From an uncultured delta proteobacterium (GTDB lineage Bacteria; Myxococcota_A; Polyangia; Polyangiales; Polyangiaceae), in contig CAWKKR010000008.1 of the NCBI GenBank assembly GCA_963850305.1, forward strand, positions 1,440,001-1,504,000: DNA of 64,000 bases, read 5' to 3'. Positions within the stretch are counted from its first letter, which is position 1; each line of letters begins with the position of its first letter. The translations under genes were made by a program, and so were the position numbers. This document shows, piece by piece, positions 57,926-64,000 of this stretch. Below the pieces are notes generated by a model. The model saw only the letters and a list, made by a program, of their open reading frames with translations, had not been told where the DNA came from and made no database searches.

Positions 57926-58509
57926 CGTCGCCCCACTGGGCATTCTGGGTCGGGGGCCTGGCGCTCGCCGCGGTTCCCCTCGTCCACTGGTTGACGCTCG
58001 GGCGTATGTTTGCCGTCTCGGGGCGCTTCACCGCGCTCGTGGAACGCGTCAGATCCGGCCCTTCCGACGCGAATCTGAGCGCCGATGATCTGATCGCGGC
58101 AATCCGCGCGATGACCGTGGATGAGCTCGGCGAGGACGCGGTGACGGACGCCCCACCGCTCGCCGTACCTGGGACTTCGAGTCCCGGAACGGTGCCTCAC
58201 GTCGCGTTTCTGCTGAGCCTCGTCGCCGGAGGCGCGCTGTCCGCCGCCACGTCGTCGGGGCTTCACCTCGGCTACGCGCTTCGAAGCGAGACCTTTCCGC
58301 GCATCTTCGGGAGCGCGCCGTTCACGGCCTCCGTCGTGCTGCTGTTCGGGGGAATCCTGGTCGGTTTCGGCACGCGGATGGCGGGAGGGTGCACCTCCGG
58401 GCACGGGCTCTGCGGTGTGAGCCGGTTTCAGCCCGGTAGTCTCGTCTCGACGGCAGCTTTCTTCGGCATGGGAGTGGCGCTCTCACTCGCCCTCGCGTGG
58501 CTCGCGTGA
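57922..58509 (+). CDS. YeeE/YedE-family sulfur-compound transporter subunit
   Basis: GGILVGFGTRMAGGCTSGHGLCG motif. Confidence 0.9.
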   Translation: MTSPHWAFWVGGLALAAVPLVHWLTLGRMFAVSGRFTALVERVRSGPSDANLSADDLIAAIRAMTVDELGEDAVTDAPPLAVPGTSSPGTVPHVAFLLSLVAGGALSAATSSGLHLGYALRSETFPRIFGSAPFTASVVLLFGGILVGFGTRMAGGCTSGHGLCGVSRFQPGSLVSTAAFFGMGVALSLALAWLA

Positions 58510-58932
58510 AGCAGACGATTTTCACCTCGCTCGTGGGTCTCGGTCTCGGATTCGTGCTGAGCCGAATCGGATTTTCGTCGTGGGACGAGGTTCACCGCAT
58601 GTTCACCTTCGCGGACCTTCGCATGTTCCTCACGTTCGTCGTCGGCGTGGGGGTGCTCGCCGTTGCCTGGCCGGTCCTGCGCGTCCTGTCGAAGTTGGAA
58701 CCGGTGTGGGCACCGCGCCGGATTCATCGTGGCTCGCTTCTCGGAGGGTTGCTATTCGGCGCGGGCTGGGCGCTGAGCGGGGCGTGCCCGAGCATCGCGC
58801 TCGTGCAGCTAGGCGAGGGACAGCTCGTGGCGATTCTGGACTCTCTTCGGGATATTCGCCGGGAACTACCTCTACGGTCACCTGAACGAGCGCTGGTTCC
58901 GCTGGCCCACGACCACCTGTGTCGACGATTGA
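58506..58932 (+). CDS. Second YeeE/YedE-family (DUF6691-like) subunit; frameshifted as assembled
   Basis: GLGLGFVL, GGLLFGAGWALSGACP. Removing one base at 58834-58836 gives ..AIWTLFGIFAGNYLYG..TTCVDD* ending at 58932. Confidence 0.85.
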
Positions 58933-58934
58933 CT

Positions 58935-61900
58935 TCATGCCGCGGGCGTTCGCTTGATCTCGAAGGATCTCATCCGGTCGCGCAGCGTCGAGGCGTTGAT
59001 GCCGAGCATCTCCGCAGCCCCCCCCGAGCCCGAAATCTGCCAGTTGCATCGCTCGAGAGCCGACAGGAGATTCTCCCGCTCCAGCTTCCGGAGTTCGGCT
59101 TCCGTCAACAGGCGTCCCGGCGTAGGGGGCGTGGTCGACGTGCCAGCGGGGTGCAGCGCGGGTTCCAGGCGGAGCGGAGGCCGCGCTGAAAGGATCACTG
59201 CTCGTTCGATGACGTGCTGGAGCTCACGCACGTTCCCGGGCCAATCGTATTCCTGGAGCTTCCGTCGCTGCTCGTCGTCCAGCGTCAGGTCGTCGCGCCC
59301 CAGATCGCGAGCGTGCGTGCGCAAGAAATGCTCCGCCAGCGGCACGATGTCCTCGCGCCGATACCTGAGCGGGGGTACCTCGACGGGGAACACGCTCAAT
59401 CGATAGTAGAGATCCTTTCGAAAGGTTCCCGCGCTCACTTCGGATTCGAGATCTCGGTTCGTCGCGACGATGACGCGGACGTCCGTGCGACGCGTCCGAT
59501 CGTCTCCCACGCGCTCGAACTCGCTCTCTTGCAGCACCCGCAGGAGTTTCGACTGCAGGACGAGGGGGATCTCGCCGACCTCGTCCAGGAACAGGGTGCC
59601 GTGATTCGCGAGCTCGAACCGCCCGATGCGATCCTTGTGCGCGCCCGTGAAGGCGCCGCGCACGTGGCCGAAGAATTCGCTCTCGAAGAGCTCCTTCGGG
59701 ATCGACGCGCAGTTGACCTTCACCAGCGGGCCTTCGGCGCGTCCGCTCCTCGCGTGGATCGCGCGCGCGACCAGCTCCTTTCCGACGCCCGATTCCCCGC
59801 GAATGAGCACGGTGGCCGACGTCGTCGCGACGCTCTCGATGAGGTGAAGGACGCCCTGCAGCCCCTCGCTGTGGCCCACGAAATCGCCCGAACGCCGTCC
59901 GGACCGCACCTCTTCTCGCAGGTAATCTCGCTCCCCTTCGATCTGCACCTTGAGCCGGGCGATCTCCTCGAACGCCTGCTGCCGCAATTTTTCGGCTCGC
60001 TTGCGCTCCGTGATGTCTCGAACGAAGATCGAATAGACGGTAGGGCCGTTCGATTCGAGCACGGATATCGACAGCTCGAGCGGCACGATCTTGCCGTCCC
60101 GGTGCTTGCCCAGAACCTCTACTCGTTCGCTCGCTGCGTGCTGTGCGGCGCGGTAGAGCTCTCCTCCGGTGTAGGGCGTTCCGGCCCCCATCGTCTCGAG
60201 AACGAAGATCTCGTGGAGCGCGCCGCCGAGCATCTCGCCGCGGGGCCAGCCGAGGATGTGCTCGGTCTGCGGCGTCCACTCGAGAATGACCGTGTCTTGG
60301 TTGACCATGACGAAGCCGTCGAGCGCGGACGCGACGACCTTGCCAAAGCGGGCATCCGAGCGAGCGAGCGATGCCTCGGCGTTGCGCCGTGCCATTGCGT
60401 CGGCGACCATCGCGCCGACGAGCCGCAGGCGACGCAGCTGATCCGCAGGAAGCTTTCGGGCCGAGCGGATGCGATGGAAGCCGATGCATCCGATCACGTC
60501 GCCGGAGATCACCAGCGGCACGGTCGCGAAGAGCCGCGTCCCGTCACGTTCGAGTACCTGCCTGCAGGACTTCGCATCCGCGGGCACGTCCTCGAGCCCG
60601 AAGACGAGCGCGTGCCCTTCGCGCAGCACGGTGAGCGGCCACCCGAACTCCTCGACCGAAATACCGAGCGTACTGGGCGCGAAACTGGGGATTCCTTCGG
60701 CGCACCACTCGTTGGTCAGCTTGAAGCGGGCGCGTTCTCCCACCAGTTCGAAGAGCGATACACGATCGAATCCGAGCGCGCGTCCGACCTCCCCCAGCGC
60801 GTCGAGAACCGTCGAATCGAGCGGGTTTACCCGATCCCCGACCAGTCGCGCGGAGATCTCCGAGAGCGCTTCCTCGAAGCGAAGCCGTTCGTTCAGCGCT
60901 CGGTCGACACGCTCGCGGTCGATGGCATTGGAGAACAGCTCGCCGATGACGCCGAGCGCGTCGATGAGCGAGTGGCTGGGCATCTCGTGCGTTTCGAACG
61001 TCGTCGCTCCGAACGTCGAACCCGCGACGATCAACGGCAGGAGGATGACGTGACGAAGGGGACCCTCCTCGAGCTCCTCACGCTCTCTGCGTGCCTCCGG
61101 CGGCAGGGTGTCTCGCGACAGGACCAGCGGCTTGGTGTCGGTCAGCCTCGAGAGCGCATAAGCGTAGTGCTCGGCGGGAATGGGCGTGTGGGTCGGCAGG
61201 GTTCCGTCCACGCCGGGTGCGAGGTACCGATGCGTGATCGAGAACGTGCGGCGATCGTCCGAGAGCTCGTAGATGACCCCGCGAACGAAGGCGTAGAGTT
61301 CCGCGATCTTCCGGAGCGCGTCGTCCATTCCCCGGCCGAGATCCGCGACCGGGAGATCGATGAACCGCCGCGAGACTTCACCGACGAGCTCCGTCAGTCG
61401 ATGAGTCTGCTGCAGCTCCTCCTCGGCGCGCTTTCGGTCCCACGCGCTCGCGATGATCTGCGAGACGACCTTGAGTCCCTCTTCGTGCGCGTCGTTCCAG
61501 GGTTTTTTGCCCATGAAACCGACGCACCCGAGCACCTCGCCACCGACCTGCAGTGGATAGAATGCGTGCCACGCCATGCCGACCCGGGCGAAGAACTCTC
61601 GCTCGATGACGGCGTCTTCCGGATACCTGTCGCGCTCCACGAGGATCGTCTCGCCGGCGACGATACGTGCGCTGAGCCAGGGCAGGGCGGTGACCGGAAA
61701 GGTTTCTCCGGTGGCGAAGACGAACTCCGCGGGGGTGAGCCCGTAGCGGTGTACGACGCGAAATGTGTTCTTGTCCTTCGAGAGCGCCGCAATCAGCCCC
61801 CGCTCGAAGCCGAGACCCGCCACCACCGACTCGAGCGCACCTTCCACGCCGTTGTGGACCTCGGACGCATGTATCCCGATGAAGTGGCGCGATATCCGTC

Positions 61901-61967
61901 CGACGAGCTCCGCCACGAGCAACCGGACCGCAAGCACTTCCGCGGGGACCGTCACGGTCTCAGCCAC
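58935..61967 (-). CDS. sigma54 enhancer-binding protein with three GAF-like domains + PAS (FhlA-like)
   Basis: Three repeated GAF blocks (..PLxVxGxxxG), PAS ([12 protein letters not shown]), [38 protein letters not shown]. Confidence 0.93.
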   Translation of the reverse strand: MAETVTVPAEVLAVRLLVAELVGRISRHFIGIHASEVHNGVEGALESVVAGLGFERGLIAALSKDKNTFRVVHRYGLTPAEFVFATGETFPVTALPWLSARIVAGETILVERDRYPEDAVIEREFFARVGMAWHAFYPLQVGGEVLGCVGFMGKKPWNDAHEEGLKVVSQIIASAWDRKRAEEELQQTHRLTELVGEVSRRFIDLPVADLGRGMDDALRKIAELYAFVRGVIYELSDDRRTFSITHRYLAPGVDGTLPTHTPIPAEHYAYALSRLTDTKPLVLSRDTLPPEARREREELEEGPLRHVILLPLIVAGSTFGATTFETHEMPSHSLIDALGVIGELFSNAIDRERVDRALNERLRFEEALSEISARLVGDRVNPLDSTVLDALGEVGRALGFDRVSLFELVGERARFKLTNEWCAEGIPSFAPSTLGISVEEFGWPLTVLREGHALVFGLEDVPADAKSCRQVLERDGTRLFATVPLVISGDVIGCIGFHRIRSARKLPADQLRRLRLVGAMVADAMARRNAEASLARSDARFGKVVASALDGFVMVNQDTVILEWTPQTEHILGWPRGEMLGGALHEIFVLETMGAGTPYTGGELYRAAQHAASERVEVLGKHRDGKIVPLELSISVLESNGPTVYSIFVRDITERKRAEKLRQQAFEEIARLKVQIEGERDYLREEVRSGRRSGDFVGHSEGLQGVLHLIESVATTSATVLIRGESGVGKELVARAIHARSGRAEGPLVKVNCASIPKELFESEFFGHVRGAFTGAHKDRIGRFELANHGTLFLDEVGEIPLVLQSKLLRVLQESEFERVGDDRTRRTDVRVIVATNRDLESEVSAGTFRKDLYYRLSVFPVEVPPLRYRREDIVPLAEHFLRTHARDLGRDDLTLDDEQRRKLQEYDWPGNVRELQHVIERAVILSARPPLRLEPALHPAGTSTTPPTPGRLLTEAELRKLERENLLSALERCNWQISGSGGAAEMLGINASTLRDRMRSFEIKRTPAA

Positions 61968-62022
61968 TTACACCTCTATTATCGAAAATAGTCGTCCGCC
62001 CCGGGGGAGTAAAGCGGCGTCA

Positions 62023-62054
62023 CGGGATCTCGCGACACCGCGGGATCTCGCGAC
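62023..62054. promoter_or_regulatory. 14-bp direct repeat, candidate enhancer for the divergent activator
   Basis: CGGGATCTCGCGAC at 62023 and 62041 (18-bp period), ~75 bp upstream of a sigma54 promoter. Confidence 0.6.
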
Positions 62055-62129
62055 CGAGAGCGGTAGGCGTTCTTCGCGATGCTCGCGGAAATAGGGCCAA
62101 TTGTGGCGTCCAGCTAGGACCCGCGAGTG

Positions 62130-62145
62130 CGGCACGGGCCTTGCG
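62130..62145 (+). promoter_or_regulatory. sigma54 promoter of the receiver-porin operon
   Basis: CGGCACG-GGCC-TTGCG, near consensus. Confidence 0.72.
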
Positions 62146-62165
62146 ATAGGTGCCGCCCGAGCCGC

Positions 62166-62570
62166 ATGCAGAAAATTAGATTCCTCGTCGTCGATGACGA
62201 TCCGATCGTCCTCGAAGTCGCTCGCGAACGACTCACGCAGCTGGGGTTCGAGGTCGCGACGCGAAACCAATCGCTAGGCACCTCGGGGTGGATTCTTCAG
62301 AACCGCCCGGACTTCGTGCTCCTCGACGTGATGATGCCCGCCCTCACCGGAGGAGAGCTGGCCGGCGTCTTGAAGCGACGCGCCACGAACACCTCGGTCA
62401 TCTTGTATTCGAGCAAACCCGAACCGGAGCTCCAGGCGCTCGTCCGTCAAACCGGTGCCCTCGGCGCAATTTCCAAGCGCGTGGACGAACGTCAGTTCGC
62501 GCACGAGGTCCAGCGCCTGGTCCGGCTCTGGTTCGGTGTTCGGCAGGACAAGGCCGGGGGTGAAACATGA
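62166..62570 (+). CDS. Single-domain response regulator (receiver)
   Basis: FLVVDDD, LLDVMMP, YSS, ISK. Confidence 0.92.
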   Translation: MQKIRFLVVDDDPIVLEVARERLTQLGFEVATRNQSLGTSGWILQNRPDFVLLDVMMPALTGGELAGVLKRRATNTSVILYSSKPEPELQALVRQTGALGAISKRVDERQFAHEVQRLVRLWFGVRQDKAGGET

Positions 62571-63937
62571 ACCTCCGAGGCCGCGTACCGGCGCTGCTCA
62601 CGGTCGTCGTCGCCGTCGGTGCTTCGCGGCGCGCCCATGCGCAGGCGATTCCGCCGGCCGCCCCTGTGTCGGTACCTCCCGCGGCGACCGCCGCGCCGGA
62701 CTCGACGCCGCGCGTTGCACGCGCGCCTAGCGCGCTTAGCGCGCTCCCCCCCACTACGGATGACGAAACGGCGTCGCTCGATACCGGGCTCACGCGCCCG
62801 CAGGCCCTCTCCATCTACGGGTTTTCGGATTTCGGCTTCAACAAGTTTTACACGTCGGACAAGAGTCAGCTCAACGCCCTGTTTCCTTCGAAGGCGGGAA
62901 CGTTCGTGCTCGGCAACGCGAACCTGTTCTTCGATGCGCAACCCGCGCAAGATTGGAGAACGCTGATGGAGATTCGTTTCACGAATCTCCCCGATGGTTA
63001 CGAGCGAAGCCTGGGGTCCACGGACGGCACGCCCTACGTCCGCGACAACACGACCATTCAAGACTTCACGTCGGCGTCAATCCGCGGATCGGTCGTACTC
63101 GGATCGATCATCATCGAGCGCGCCGAAACCGAGTACGCGTTTTCGGACGCATTCCACGTGATGGCCGGCTACTTCTTCACGCCCTGGGGGATCTGGAACG
63201 TCGATCACGGCACGCCGACGCTGATCTCGCTGCTCTTGCCCTCGTTCATGGCGGACGACCAGCTCCCTAGTCAGATGCTCGGCGTTCAGGGGTACGGCAG
63301 CTTCTACACGCCCAACTGGGAGCTCGGCTATCACGCGTATATCGGCAACAATCGCTCTCCGTCACAGGTCGACTTTCTCGACAGCAAGGCGTTCGGCGGG
63401 CGTCTGTTCGCGAGCTCCACCGGAAGCGCAATCAAGACGAAACTGGGCGTTTCCGGTTATTACGGACGTTACGCAGACATCTCGAAGGAGGTGGTCTCCG
63501 AGCTTCCGTACCTCACGCAGACCACGGAGACCGTGGCGTATCGAGAGTGGATGGTCGGGGCCGACGCTTCCGTCGACGACGGACCGTTTCGGCTGCGCAC
63601 CGAGGGGATCGTGCGTCGCGTCGATTACGACCCCGGCAAGCGCGATGGCACGGATCCGAATCACTACTACCTGAATGGGTACGTGCTCGCGGCGTACCAG
63701 CTTCCCTGGGCCGGACTCGAGCCGTACCTGTATGCGGAGGGGATCCACTGGCCGAGCATTCTCGGCGACACGACGTTCATCGCGTCGGTGGGCCTCAACG
63801 TTCACTTCAACCCGTCCGTGCAGCTCAAGGCGCAGTACGGCCGGGCGATGTTCTTCGACCTCGTCACGAAGGCGAACCGGACGCCGAGCGACAACGACGT
63901 CGACAACTTCGCCGCTCGCCTGGTGGTGTCGTTCTGA
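62567..63937 (+). CDS. Outer-membrane beta-barrel protein (porin-like)
   Basis: Signal peptide (AHA-Q), Pro/Ala linker, IYGFSD, GYFFTPWGIWNVDHG, amphipathic strands, terminal VVSF. Confidence 0.82.
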   Translation: MNLRGRVPALLTVVVAVGASRRAHAQAIPPAAPVSVPPAATAAPDSTPRVARAPSALSALPPTTDDETASLDTGLTRPQALSIYGFSDFGFNKFYTSDKSQLNALFPSKAGTFVLGNANLFFDAQPAQDWRTLMEIRFTNLPDGYERSLGSTDGTPYVRDNTTIQDFTSASIRGSVVLGSIIIERAETEYAFSDAFHVMAGYFFTPWGIWNVDHGTPTLISLLLPSFMADDQLPSQMLGVQGYGSFYTPNWELGYHAYIGNNRSPSQVDFLDSKAFGGRLFASSTGSAIKTKLGVSGYYGRYADISKEVVSELPYLTQTTETVAYREWMVGADASVDDGPFRLRTEGIVRRVDYDPGKRDGTDPNHYYLNGYVLAAYQLPWAGLEPYLYAEGIHWPSILGDTTFIASVGLNVHFNPSVQLKAQYGRAMFFDLVTKANRTPSDNDVDNFAARLVVSF

Positions 63938-64000
63938 TGGACCGGCGCGGCATGCTGCAGTTGCTCGCGATGGTCGGCATCGCGAGCTTGGCGACGCGGG
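63937..64000 (+). CDS. N-terminus of an exported protein with twin-arginine-like leader (partial)
   Basis: MDRRGMLQLLAMVGIASLATR.., start overlapping the porin stop (TGATG). Confidence 0.55.
   Translation, partial: MDRRGMLQLLAMVGIASLATR

Noticed and set aside
1..64000. rRNA, tRNA, transposase, integrase or prophage genes
   Set aside because: None recognised by eye; the window is densely filled with other coding genes. tRNAscan/Infernal were not run.

Overview
High-GC bacterial DNA. Gene content and lipoprotein style suggest a Myxococcota (Polyangiales-like) genome or MAG; this is inferred. About 50 genes; no rRNA, tRNA, IS or CRISPR seen. The first 30 kb looks like a low-oxygen island with four parts: (1) a cbb3 oxidase operon (fused ccoNO, ccoQ, ccoP, ccoG, ccoH, DsbD_2/TauE-like, ccoI); (2) CBS/USP/DUF4010 genes and a sigma54 NtrC-type regulator; (3) a 9-kb multiheme cytochrome c cluster with 59 heme motifs by my count, comprising a NapC/NirT-type tetraheme, a 27-heme protein, a porin + 12-heme + 10-heme operon and a collagen-stalked hexaheme lipoprotein; (4) an ackA / GNAT-acyl-CoA synthetase / phosphoketolase module. 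The cytochrome cluster reads as a complete quinone-to-surface extracellular electron transfer conduit. The same tandem RYGCA-N5-TGCRY box, paired with a sigma54 -24/-12 element, lies upstream of ccoN, the hexaheme gene, the porin/usp divergent pair and the acyl-CoA synthetase gene, suggesting one regulon. The rest of the window holds a lipid/acyl-CoA catabolic cluster, an AsmA/YdbH-like + DUF1318 + TolB/TPR envelope triad, a TPR/ABC/permease-CPBP operon beside an unexplained ~42-bp double-palindrome repeat array, a MASE1 kinase with TolC/MFP/RND efflux, a YeeE/YedE pair with a Cys4 mini-protein, and a GAF/PAS sigma54 activator facing a receiver-porin operon. Four apparent frameshifts suggest long-read assembly errors. 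All family assignments come from motif recognition by eye, not database searches.
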